The notes below the pieces were generated by a model. It worked only from the letters and a program-made list of their open reading frames with translations. It did no database searches and was not told where the DNA came from. A stretch of 61,791 bases of DNA, filler included. It is 6 parts of 6 records of this genome, joined end to end, with 100 filler letters (N's around TTAATTAATTAA, not from the genome) between each part and the next. Parts side by side here need not be neighbours in the genome. Positions count along the whole stretch, not along the records: positions 1 to 11,224 come from SRR2962707_4163; positions 11,325 to 29,766 come from SRR2962707_4165; 4 more parts are not named here. The stretch is one strand, 5' to 3'. Positions within the stretch are counted from its first letter, which is position 1, and each line of letters opens with the position of its first letter. Made by a program: the position numbers and the translations under genes. This document shows positions 1-12,093 of the stretch, in pieces.

Positions 1-70
1 TCCCTCTCCCTCTCTCCCTCTCCCTCTCCCTCACCCGCCGTCTCTCTCTCTCTGTCTCTCTCTGCCCCTC
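1..70. repeat. TCCCTC/TC microsatellite at the contig start
   Basis: Directly visible (TCCCTC)n followed by (TC)n. Confidence 0.9.
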
Positions 71-111
71 AGAGCCTGGTCCGCTCCCCGTATCTGCGGT
101 GTTTCTGAGGT

Positions 112-1292
112 ATGCTGAACTCACTCGGCCGTGCCTCAGTGGCACTCGTGCGCGCTATTGACCCCAGCCTCGTGAAAGAGGCGCTGCGCCTCAGTCCCAG
201 CGGCAGCGCTGCTGCAGTGTGCCTCGAAACGGCCCAAGCCCAGCACGCGGCACTGGTGGACGTCTTGAAGCGGGACTGTGGGCTGGGCCTCGTGAGAGAG
301 CTGCCTGCTGACGGCTTCCCAGACAGTGTTTTCATCGAGGATACGGCCGTGGCTGTGGGCAGCCGCGTGTTGGTGACGGTGCCAGGAGCGTCTTCTCGGC
401 AGGGAGAGACTCGGCGAGTGCGCAGCGTGCTCGAGAAGATGCCAGGTGTGGACGTCGTCGACATGGCAGAGACAGAAGGGGCACGGCTTGATGGCGGCGA
501 CGTGTTGTTCACTGGCCAAGAGCTGCTCGTTGGCCTGTCTCACAGGACGAACGCGGCTGGAGCAGATGCGATGCAGCGAGCTTTCCCAAAAATTCCGGTC
601 CGCACGATCAACATCAAGGAGTTTGGCGACTCGGCGCTGCATTTAAAGTTCGTTTGTTTATTCTCGTACTGAGCTGCGCCCTTGAAGTTACCCGTGAGGA
701 GGAGGGGGAGGAGAGGTGTTTCCTGCCGCTGATCGAATAAGCGACTCTTGCCCGGTCAAAGCATGATGATGTTTCTAATGTGGCGACAATGGCAAAGATT
801 GTCAGATGGAGCCTACGGTGCCCTTTCAATACTGACTTTGCATGGTGCTACTTTGCGCTGAACGGTTGTCACTGGTCAGGAGTGCGTGTAGCATGGCAGG
901 ACCAGGTCACCTGCTTGTTGGGGGAGACGCTGGCCATGCAATTGCCAAGGCAGTGGAGCTCAGCAGCACGGTGCCGTACAGAATAACGAGCGTAACGGAC
1001 GCAGCCGCTGCCAATGTGGTTTATGTCAATGGCACATGTCTTCGAAGGTAGGTTTTGATTGCTTGCACTGATGGCGTCAATGATGTGATGTGCTGTGTGT
1101 ATGGTGGGTGACGTGCCTTTGCCGTGTGGGCCATCGCGTGTCCGCAGGTGTGATCACGAGTTTCCTGATAGCGCAGACGTTCTCCGCACTCTTGAAGGCA
1201 AAATTATCCAAATAGAAGCAGGCGAGCTTGCGAAAGTCGATGGTGCTCTGACATGCTGCAGCTTGCTCTTGACTCCCACAGGTCGCACATGA
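112..1292 (+). CDS. DDAH: Dimethylarginine dimethylaminohydrolase (amidinotransferase fold), 3 exons: 112-647, 880-1047, 1148-1292, ~282 aa
   Basis: Motifs FPDSVFIEDTAV, SRQGE, LDGGD, LHLK|SACSM (rebuilt across a GT-AG intron) and ELAKVDGALTCCS (catalytic Cys). Intron phases are consistent. Confidence 0.88.
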
Positions 1293-1431
1293 TTCAATTG
1301 GGTACAGCAAGCTTGTTCTTGACCGCAGGCTTGTTTTGATTAAGTTATTTCGTTATTTTGAATTCTCACAATCTGATGGCCGAAAAGGCTCGTTCAAGCA
1401 CAGTATTTGGATTCTAAAAAGTGGGTGGTTG

Positions 1432-4400
1432 TCATGAATGAGCCGGCTTCAAATAACCAGCGTCGGGTGAGTCTTTGTACCTCTGTGCAATCTGCTTAAA
1501 AAGCTGATCCTCCTTTCCCGCCCATTTGCTCAACATCTGCGCGTCAGACAGCATGCACGGTTGCGAAGGCGCCAAGGAGTGAGGTTTGGCCAACGTGACG
1601 GGCTGAATTGCAACGCAGGACGCAGAAAGTGAACATCATAGCGAGCTGGATGTGCACACAAACCTGATCGACTTTCGCCACCTTGGTCGGGTTGTGCATT
1701 TTGAAGAAAAATCGAAGTCGCTTGCTGTTTTCCTTCTGGTTAGCTCTGAGCTGCGCAGGACTGATACAAAGCACAATATTAGCAGCAGTCAACATACAGG
1801 TTGCGGCTCCTACAAACTCCCCAAGCCGCCCGTGTGGAGGCACACATCCAGGTTCTTGCGCGGCCATGAGTGACGCACCTAAGAGCAGTGCTCGGGCTCG
1901 ACTCTTTATTCGGTAGACGCTTCATGCTCTTCTTTCGCCCAATTTTCGACTTACCTTTGGCACGAGATGTCTTGTCTTCAGTGTCGCTCGCGCCACTTGC
2001 ACTGGCCGCTGACAGCGACCGGGACAAGGAGCGTCCATGCCCATCTACGGACCCAGACCTGGAGCGTGCACCTGCATCCTTCTTTCCGCTTCCACCACTG
2101 CTCAATGCAGATGATAGGTCAATCGCAACGGCGGATTTGCCGGCTTTTTTTGTTCCAGCCGCTGCTTTGGACACAGAGCCCTTGTTTGGCGAGCCGGAGA
2201 GGCGAAGCTTTATTGACAACGGTTTCTTAAATTTCTTCGGCGGGAGGGATATTAACTTCGATGTGGTTGGAAGGAACAGCCCAAAGCGCTTGCGGCAGTA
2301 GAAATAGCTGAGGACGACACCCACCCCACACACAACAGGCCAGTAGGCAAGGGCAAACACAAACGAACGGACGAATCACGCGGTCAGCAATCGCGGGCAC
2401 GACGAGCACGCACTGAAATATGGGTGACCGATAAAGCACGCAGACGTACGGGACGTTTTCGACAGTGCCATTAGTCTTTCCAGCTGCTTCTGCGAGCTCC
2501 ACTCCAACCATAGTCTTCTTGTGGAAGTTGGTGCGCCCAACAAACTTGACTACGCCCGGCACGGTGCGTCCCAGCTTCTTTATCATCACCAAAACCTCTT
2601 GGTTCAATTTGAACTTTGGTGTTTTCTTCTTCTTTTTCTTCTTTGTTGACCCAACACCTCCGTCAGTGATGTCATCGTCGCCCGCCGAAGTGCTGCGCTT
2701 GGACTTTGTCTTCTCAAGCTTCAGCGGGGCAGTTGCAGACTCTAAAACAAACAAGCCGTGCTTGTCTTTGCAGGAAAAGTAGCGTTCACCGTCAACAGTG
2801 CCGTCGTGTGTACCTTTAGTTTCGATTTAGAGTGCGTCATGAGGTGAAGAACTTGAAATCAAGGCGTGAGAACACAAGCGAAAAAAGCCAGTTGTTGCAG
2901 TCTGCCGACTTGGGCGGCAACGCACCCATCGGTTTGTCAAGTTCCACCCCCACCCACGTGAAGTTGGGGTCGGAGGAAAAGCTGGTGCATCCCACAAACC
3001 GCACCGTGCCGACTAGGGTGCTCCCTGTGCGCACTTTCCCGTGCAGTGGTGTTGAGGGCATGGCAGCAACCTCAACTTTGATACGTCTTCCAACTGCCAC
3101 CCAAGGATACCTGCGGAATTACATGATCGATTTTAGCAATAGGCATGATGCACAATCCATGATCTGCACCACCTCCGCCAACTGAAACCCAACGCGCAAC
3201 GAACATGACGTTGGAACTCGACTTTTTGCTTTGAATCTTAGCTTTGCTAGCAGATCGACGAATGCGCTCTTTGTTTGCAGAGCCCTGGTTGTCAGTGTTT
3301 GGCTCGACGATCTCGGCACTGCCTGCATCATCTGGACAGCGAGTGTTTTCTGGCTTGCTCGAATGAACATCGTCCTCGCTTTCATCATCTGCACTGAATG
3401 GGTTGCCGCTGCCTCCCTTTTCTGGCGTGTCGAACGGGTTGCCTCCAGCCCCGCGCTCAGCAGGCCCGTCGTTTCTTGAAAGAGCAGCTGCATTCGCATC
3501 AACCTCACCATCACTCTTGTCGGCTTCATCCTCCTCGTCTTGGGGATCGTCCTCCTCGTCAGCGCCAGCGACGACACCTTCAGAGCTGACGGATCCATCG
3601 TCATTTTCATCGTGGTCATCCAAATCCACCGACCACTTTTTCTCCATATATGCGCGCTTTCGCTCCGCAAAACTTGGCGCTGTCATCGAAGACCGCTTTC
3701 CGCCCCGTGATGAAGCAGCTGGAGTAAGAGGGACCTTCAGACGATCTGCAATCTGGGCACGTAACTCTTCAAGCTTGGGGGACCATTCAATGTCCAGAGC
3801 ATCGAAAAGGGATTGCAGGCGCTCGTTTGCGACTCGCACTTTCTTGGCCGGCATGGCCATATCGTCGGCCTCGCTCTCATAAGCTGAGTGTAATTTCTCG
3901 ATTTGCTTTAAAAAGCCTTGCGTCTTCATCTTTGCCTGCCGAAACGACCGTGTGTTGGGCGTCTGCACGGAGCGCCCGCCGGTAACAGATTCCATTTCAC
4001 GTGCGCGTTCCATGCACCGGTTATAGTGGCTTTCGATGTTCGTTAGCAGTTTCCCCACATCTGCTTCAAGAGCAGCAATCTTTTTAAGAGCTGCTTTCTC
4101 TGCTCGCACAAGCTCTTTCATCAATTCAAACGCCATTTCAATTGCAGGGTCGTCCTCGCTGAAACAGCAAAAGAATAGAACAGGGCACCAGATGACGACC
4201 AGGTCAACACACATGCATTGAAAGCAGTGCTGCTCCGTACATTCACACATAGTCGCAATGACCAGAAATAGGAGACGCAAACTGACCTAATGCCTGCATC
4301 CACAGCCCGGTTCAATTCCATCTCGAGCACACTGTTGTCTCGCGTCTGCCGTGCCTGGGAAATGTGGCGCATTAGCCGCTCTGCTGCGCCCACAGATTTG

Positions 4401-7400
4401 CTCTGTTTTAGCGCGAGGGCAGCGCGGCGGAGCTTTCGGAAAGACCCTGGATCACAAGAAGCGAACATCAAAACCGGGGGAGCATCGTCGCTTTCATTGT
4501 TGTTGGCGCCCCATTCTCTGTCATCCTCGTCGTCCTCGTTGGGATCCGGCTCGCGAGAAAGTCGACTTCGCGCTGGAGGAAGAAGCCCAAATCGCAGCAT
4601 TTGGTCAACAAAGGAGGCGGATCGTTCCAACAACGATTCAATGGCTTCGTCTCTTGTATTCACGGCGGCTTCCTCCCTCGACGGTAGCTTGTCGTGTTCT
4701 TTACTCTCGGCTTCAGCAGTCACAGCAGCAAAAGTCGTTTCGACGTCGTGAAGAAGCTGCTCCCCCCGCAATTCGCACGAACGAAGGTAATGACGAAAGA
4801 GCGTTTTGGCGATTTCGATCGATGCGTCAACAGATTTCAGGGCAGACAAAAGTTCACTCTCTGTCTGGACAAAATACGCAGCGACGGCATCCGGTCCGGT
4901 CCCAGAAACCACAGCTAAAGGTCTTTTTTTCTTGGATTTCGTCTTTTTCTTTGACTTCGTTCGCTTCAGCGCAGCTGCATCCGCTTCGCCGCCATCGAGT
5001 GCACGTGAGGATGCACCTTCATCTGCGTCGGATGTCGCGGAAGCCAGCACAGCAGAGTCTGTCAAGTTTGAACCGGACGCAGGCGACGTTAGCGACGATG
5101 TCCGCCTCTCGCCGATCGCAGCATGCGCTGGACCGTCGCCCCCACTGCTGCTGGCAGCCGCGGCTGCAATTGGTGGCGTCTCCGCGTCACCGCCTCCCTC
5201 TATCATGTCCCCTTCAGGGTTCGTGGACTGAGGCACTTGTGTCAGTCCAGTTTCCCTGGCAAGGCGAGCTGTTTGATCAAGGACGTCCAGGGTGGAGTCG
5301 GTTGCGATTACAGTCGGCGCCACAATGCCAACAATTGGTGCCTCTTCCCCCTCTGCATCGGTCTCGGTGTCACTTGCCGTTGCCGTCGCTACGTCACGCT
5401 TGCTCTTGGTCCTGCCTGTGGTCTTGAGCTTCTTTTTGCTTGTGCTTTTCTTGATTGCGCGCTTTGACTTTTTCTTTTTGAGTGCGCCAGCTTGCTTGCC
5501 TTCAACCTCACCTCCAGTGCCCGCATCTGCGGGCAACACACTCGTGCTTTCGTCGAGCATAGCAGTCTTGGCCTCCTTCTCGAAGTCTTGAAGCGAGAGA
5601 CCTATAGATTGGCGGCGATGCTTGAGCTCGGCTACAAGACTACGTGCTCGCTTGTCAGCCGCCAGCACCTTGCTCGTGAGCTGAGCTTGCGCACGGTGAA
5701 TGCTCGCCAGCGCTGACTCGACAGCCGAGTTGGATTCCGGAACGCCTTCCGACAAAGCTGCAGCCTTTGCCTTTGATAAACCTGTTGGTGGGCCTGACTT
5801 ATGACACGGTGGAACCTATCACACGGCAGCATAATGGGAGTGGGATTTTCAAGCTGTGCACACAGGACCAGAGTGGTGGAGAAATATCGCAAGGCAATAA
5901 CCCACGGACCGGCGCAAGGCACGACACCACACATTGCTTCAACGCTGCAAGGGCATCTTCCGATGCCTCGGACTCCACAGCCAACGTTGCCTTACGCAGC
6001 TCCTTGACGCGTGCCTTGATTTGCTTGCTGTGAAAGCTCTTCGCTTCGGCAACAATTTTCTTGTTGACACGTGCTCTGACTCGCTCGGCCTCCTGCCGAG
6101 CAACGACTAACGCGTCGTCGTCTTTGGCAAGCATCCCGTCCGCCTACAAATCAGGCACCATGCGTGCGGTGGATAAGCGGTGATTAGCATTCGCAAAAAT
6201 CCATGAGTCAGTCAATGGTGGGAACTGACCTCGAACTTCGCGACAAGGGCCTCAATGCCATCCGCATCCTCCGCCTTCAAAGCTGCAACCACCCCATCTC
6301 TTAATTCTTGCGCTAAACGCTCCTGCCGCTTTGCCCCAAACTCACTCAACACTCCACGTGCTTGAATTACAGCGTGGTGGGTGGCTGGTAGGCAATTGTC
6401 GCTCTCGTCCGCACCAGGTGCCGCCACAACGGTTTGCAGCAAACTTTGCAATGGTTCCAAGTCTACGTCGCCTCCATGTTCGGCTGCGGAATTACGAATA
6501 GCAACTACGCACTCGTCTAGTTTCTTTTCCAGTTGCGCCCACGCAGCATCACGCTGTGTGGTGGCTTCACGAACTTGCTTGTCCACGATCAAGTCCTCAA
6601 GTGATGCGGTGATATCGGCGTGCAAGTCTTCCAAATCTTGCAGGTATCTGCAAGGTAACCAGAGACAACGACATGTGAAATGCCCGCCCCAAACAAACAA
6701 ACAAACACACACGCGCGCACACGCGCGCTTGCAATGCACACAGGCAACCACTGTGACGGCAAGTAAGAAACCAGAAACAGAGCGCGTACTCGTCGCGAAG
6801 GTGCTCTGCCTCTGCGCGCGAGCCTGAGTTACTTCGCTCCAAGTCTTCAAGCGCTGCGGCTCCAATTGCGGCGCCACTCTCCAACAATGCAATGCGCTCA
6901 TCCTGGGCCTGCCATAGCTCCGTGCCATCCACCGAGTCGTCGAGGGGTTCGACATCGCATAGGTCATCCAAGGTTTTGACTGCATCTTTCATGGCCTGTT
7001 CCCGCATTCCTCGCGCAGCTGTCTGCGTAAGCTTGGCTTGGCGAACAGCACCGCGATGGTCTTCTCCGCTCCCGTCACCTCGTGTAGTGCTTTCGTTGGC
7101 TAAAGCACCATCACACTCCGCAATGGCGTAATCAAGCGCAGTCAACTACAGCAGAAAAAGAACACGAAAACGTGACCCCACGAATTGATCAGTCACACCG
7201 TATTGTACGCCACGCGTATACGTGATGCGCGTGTCAACAGCGCCTCTGATCACGAGAAACTCACGTGTGTCCGCAGGCCCTTAAAGTCGAACAGGGTGTT
7301 GGACTCCGCATCACAGAGGACAAGTCGATTCCCGGTGCTCCGAGGTTGCTTTTTGAGCCCAGCAACTTCACTATTCTGCTCCGAATCCCTGCCCGGAGCA

Positions 7401-10400
7401 GGAGCTTCTTCACGCTGGGCCGATAGAAATGCTTCTGTCGCACTCACGTGCTCTTGCAGCCGGTTCCACTTCTCGGCACGGGCAGTTTCTTCAGCAGCGG
7501 TCCCCTGAATTATTACTCTTGCAGGCTCGCCGTACCTGCGAGGAGCGCGCAACAACAACACCACACATGAGAAAACGGAGATGGCATGATGCTGCCACGC
7601 GTCGCAGTGCATCTACTTCCGCGATGCCACGATAATATGCTCGGCTTTTGCAGTGCTGTGCTCGCACAGGGGGCTCGCAGACGACAACAACGAACGCCCA
7701 CCGGGACCGGCCACTTACTTTGCAATTACTCGGCGGATAAGCAAATGCCGCTCATGAGGTGGGACAGCAGCTACTGTCATCAATGCTTCAGCAGCAGCAT
7801 CAGGATCTACACTTTCGTAAACAGAATACCTACGCCACAACCCACGGCAAGCAGTTGGTATTCAAGCGATATCGTTTTTTTTGCCTTCTTGCTTGGCAGC
7901 GGCAGCACGGCACTAATATGAACACTTGAAAAAACACGCACATCAGAAGATTAAAGTCCTCATCATCGCCAATGAGCTCCAGAAGCTTCAATTCCTCCGG
8001 TGTTGGGGCCTCAAAATCCTTCCCGTTCTGCGCACGGGCAGGATCCTCGGCTTCCAGCGCTGCGTTGCCCTTGTCATCCTCTGGCTCTTCATCGTCGTCG
8101 CTTTCAGTAAATGGGTTCGCCACTTGCTCGTCCAACAATTTACGTTTGCTTGAATTGCTGCTGTCGTCCGCCGCCGTTGTACTGCTGGGAGGGGCACTAC
8201 CACTTTTGCCATTTGTGCCCTCAGGCTCATCTCCCTCGTCTTCACTGCTCTCAAACGGGTTGGTCGGCCCTTTATTCCCGGTGTTGCTGCTCTCCGAGGG
8301 CTCATCGTCAGAGTCATCGAACGGATTCCGAGTGGGGTCGCCGGCCTGCCCCTCGCTAAGCTCCTCGGCGTCGTCGTCATCAGAGGCAAATGGGTTGGGT
8401 GCTCCTGCCGGCGAGGCACTTAAAGCTGCCTTTTGCGCGGTGGCAACAATTTGGTCGTGTTCCGCTTGTGTGATGACCCCTTGCTTCAATTGTGCAGCAG
8501 CCACGGCAACAATGCCTCCACCACCTGAATTCGGTGATGTTGGTGCGGAGTCCTCAACTTCAGGAGCAGCAGAGTCTCCAGCGTCAAGGCAGCTGTCTTC
8601 CATATCAGTGGTGGTGTCAGCAGCACGAGCTGCGGCTGTCAGCATTGACTCAATGATGTTGTCGAATTCATCGCGGGTAATGGCACCCTGCTCTAGAAGC
8701 CGAACTGTTTGCACCGCGGCGTCGTTGTCTTCGAGCGCCCCTGGCAAGGTTGGCGGGGCCACCTCTGACGCCGTGGAAGGGCCAGGATCAGGGTCTGGAG
8801 ATGCAAACGGGTTCGCTTCTTCTGTAACAACTATGGCCTCGCTTCGAGCTGCATTGGGCGCTTCTATTTCTTCGTCGCTTGCAAAGGGGTTGCCAGTTTG
8901 TTGCCCTTCCGACGACGCGTCGTCGCCACCATCATCAGCATCACTGTCAAAAGGATTGCTAACTTTTTTGGCAGGGGTGGCTTCGGGTGTGTTATCGGCA
9001 TCAACACCTTCGCCACGAAACGGGTTGGTAGCCTCATCCTCACCACCGTCACTCGCAAAAGGGTTGTCCCTTTTCTTTTCGTCCGCTTTGCCATCCATAT
9101 CCGGAGTGGGCGGGAAATCTTCGCTGAGAGCCCCAGTGCCTTGCATCGCGCTCGCATTCGGAACTTCCCTCTCGCGTCGACGCCGTGTCACGGCATCCTC
9201 TTCGCTGTCGGAATCGCTGCTGCTGCTGCTGACATCGGCAACGTTCGAATTGGCTCGTTCAACAGCAAGGATGCGCGACATTATCAATTGCGATGGCGTT
9301 AGCGCCGCCCCGGTCGCAGGCAGCTGTGGGGCTGCTTTTGGAGTTGTGTTGGCATGGTCGACTGACACCGCGGCGCCTGGACCAGCCGGGTTTTGATTCG
9401 TGTTGGCAGGGGGGGATGAGATGTCAACGTCCGCGCCGCCGACGGCGTCGGCATCGTCTGAATCCACGCTGTGGTGGTCCTGAGAGCGAGCTGCCTTCTG
9501 ATCTTGGGCATCCCCGTAGGAGCTGTCCGAATCGTCACCTCCGTTGGTACCGCTGTTGCTCAACGCGGCCAAACTCATCTTCCTCTGCAGCTGCTCCACC
9601 GCATCGTCCTCACCCAAGTGCTCGTCGTCGTCATCATCGTCTGTGTTCGGCTCTTCATCGAGCTCTATGTCCACGAAAGGTACAGCGAAGGTGCTGCGAT
9701 TGGAGAGTGGGTGGATCCAATCGACCCACTCAAACAACCCTGTGCCCTCCGGGTCCGCGTGGAAACGCTGGAGGTACGTGCCCACCTGACCAGGCTTCAA
9801 ATACAAGTTGATGCAACGGCTGGTCGTGCGCACGCGCTGGCCTGGAGTCAGCGCGCCCATCAGCACTTGCACATACTGCCGCTCGCCCCCGCCAGCAGTA
9901 CCGGTCGCTTTGAGCTGGATCCGCTCAAGCTGAGCACGACACTCTGCGACGCGGGCGTTGCGGTCGGCACGGGCAAGCCGCCGCTTTTTCGTACCAAAAA
10001 CCTGGGCCCGTGCCAGCTCTTTGAGCGCCTTCTCGTTGAGGGTGGGACGCTTGGCGGGCACCAAAGCCAGCGGATCGGAGCCGCTGCTGCCCGACGCGCC
10101 ACTCTTCTTAATCTGCCGCTCCTGCGCGACAATTGTGGGCGCCAGCTTCTCCTCGAGCTCTGCAACCGTCTGAGGGAACTCGTCGCCGTACTTTTTGGTC
10201 AAGTACTTGACGATGCCGCGACAGTCACTGTGGTACTTCGAAGCCTGCTTCGCGATCTTGGCGGATTCCACCGTGCGGTCGCAGAAGCTGTAGAAAGCGA
10301 CGAGCAAGTCGCTGAGGTCTTCGAGCGACATCAACCGGGGCGGAGGCAGCGCTGCTGCGGCCGACTTTTCCACCCGGTACACGTTCTGTATGAGGCGCTG

Positions 10401-10757
10401 GTTCTCCAGCGGGTTCACGTTGGAGCTTATGGCGTCCGTGATGGACACGGGCGAGTAGTCTTTCTCTGCGTCGCCAGCACCGTTCTTCTTCTTCGACGAG
10501 CCACCTCCCTGCGGGTCGTCGCTCTCTCCGTCCGTGTCGTCGCTCAGCACCGGGTTTGTGAACACCGCGGACTTTCTTTTGGCGATGGCAATGGACTTCC
10601 GCTTGGCCACAGCGAGAGACTTTCGCTTCGAAGCCGACGTCAGCCCGGGAGACGACTTGTGCTGGCTCGACTCGTCGCTCTCGATCTCGTACGAATCGTC
10701 GTCCGAGTAGTCGCCCGAGCCATCGCCCTGGTCTATCGTAGAGCCACAAGCGCCCAT
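1432..10757 (-). CDS. Large protist protein (~2603 aa, 13 exons) with N-myristoylation signal, NPF repeats, coiled coils and two CAP-Gly domains. Exons: 10757-7942, 7829-7719, 7535-7265, 7145-6790, 6647-6230, 6143-5933, 5781-4287, 4158-3205, 3110-2926, 2813-2450, 2307-1879, 1760-1664, 1536-1432
   Basis: All 12 introns are GT-AG with compatible phases. Splicing rebuilds the CAP-Gly motifs WVGVELDKPMG|THDGTVDGERYFSC and MVGVELAEAAGKTNGTVENVP|YFYC. The protein starts MGACGS. The exon 6/7 junction (donor GTGTGG) is the least certain. Confidence 0.78.
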
Positions 10758-11112
10758 ATTTCGTTGGTGCTGGCGTCGACCCGCTTCTCCGTCTGCTTTT
10801 ACTTGTTGGGCACTTTTTTGTTTTCTAGCCGAGCGAACTCACGCAGTCACTCCGTCACTCATTCATTGACTCAGGAGGGAAAGGGGTCACAAAGTGAATG
10901 TGAGACACCCTTCACCGTCTGTAGAGGCGTTGAGCGGGCTTCATTCACAAACTCAATCAGCAGCGCCCGCATCCACGAGCCAAAAAAAAAGCATCGTTGG
11001 CTGGTGGCTCACGCTGCTTGCGGGTCGCTCGCGCAGACCCGACGCGGCGTCTCGGCCCCGAGTTCGATTTCGACGCCACAGAGAGTATGTACCCCGCAAA
11101 AACACGGACGCA

Positions 11113-11224
11113 GACGCAGAGAGACACACAGACGCAGAGAGACACACCGACGCAGAGAGACACACCGACGCAGAGAGAGAGAGACGCAGAGCGACACACA
11201 GACACAGGCACAGGCACAAGCACA
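11113..11224. repeat. 18-bp tandem repeat GACGCAGAGAGACACAC(A/C), about 4 copies, decaying into CACAGG repeats at the contig end
   Basis: Directly visible tandem units with no unique spacers. Confidence 0.85.
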
Positions 11225-11324
11225 NNNNNNNNNNNNNNNNNNNNNNNNNNNNNNNNNNNNNNNNNNNNTTAATTAATTAANNNNNNNNNNNNNNNNNNNN
11301 NNNNNNNNNNNNNNNNNNNNNNNN
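11225..11324. other. Artificial contig spacer (44N-TTAATTAATTAA-44N)
   Basis: Six-frame stop linker, identical at five positions. Confidence 0.99.
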
Positions 11325-11999
11325 CATGGTCTTGTGACGGTTTTCCATCTGCCAGGAACCGGCTGCACCCTTGGAAATCACGTCGATCACCTTTTCGATG
11401 TCGAGACCGGCCTTCTTGCCGAAATGGATACCTTCAGCGAGACCCTGAACCAAGCCGGCGATGCAGATCTGGTTGATCATCTTGGTGAGCTGGCCGCTGC
11501 CGACCGGACCCATCAGGCCGACCATGCGGGCATAGGCGTCAATTACCGGGCTGGCCTTTTCAAAAGTCGCTTCATCACCGCCAACCATGACGGTGAGCAC
11601 GCCATTGTCCGCTCCGGCCTGGCCACCGGAAACCGGTGCGTCAAGAAATCCGCAGCCCTTGTCGGCACAAGCGTTTGCAAGCTCGCGGGCGACTTCGGCC
11701 GAGGCCGTGGTGTTGTCGATGAGGATCGCGCCCTTGCTCATGCCGTGCAATGCGCCACCCGGCGCAAGCGTGACCGCACGCAAATCGTCATCATTGCCGA
11801 CGCAGGTGAAGACGAAATCGGCGCCCTTGGCAGCATCGGCCGGAGTGTCGCAGGCCGTGCCACCAAACTCGTCAGCCCATTTGCGGGCTTTCTCGGCGGT
11901 GCGATTGTAGACCCGCAGCTCATGGCCGCCCTTGGTTTTGAGGTGCCCTGCCATGGGGTATCCCATAACGCCCAGACCAATGAATGCTACTGTTGCCAT
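11325..11999 (-). CDS. NAD(P)-dependent beta-hydroxyacid dehydrogenase (3-hydroxyisobutyrate dehydrogenase family), 3' truncated
   Basis: VAFIGLGVMGYPMA Rossmann motif, FLDAPVSGG, GSGQLTKMINQ. Confidence 0.9.
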
Positions 12000-12093
12000 T
12001 TCGCCTATCCTTCTGTCACAAATGCGCTTTACGCCTCACCTGATTGCAAGTTACGTAATGTACCCCGTCAGATCCTGGGAGGGACATAGACCA

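Noticed and set aside
11113..11224. Repeat array that could be mistaken for CRISPR
   Set aside because: Contiguous low-complexity tandem units with no unique spacers and no cas genes, in a eukaryotic contig.
7972..11276. Long plus-strand ORFs (474 aa and 601 aa)
   Set aside because: Antisense shadows of the GC-rich, low-complexity exon 1 of the large minus-strand gene.
11225..11324. Eukaryote-to-bacterium junctions suggesting horizontal transfer, and the repeated TTAATTAATTAA motif
   Set aside because: These are identical artificial 100-bp linkers at five places. The contigs are not physically linked, and ORFs running into the Ns are artefacts.
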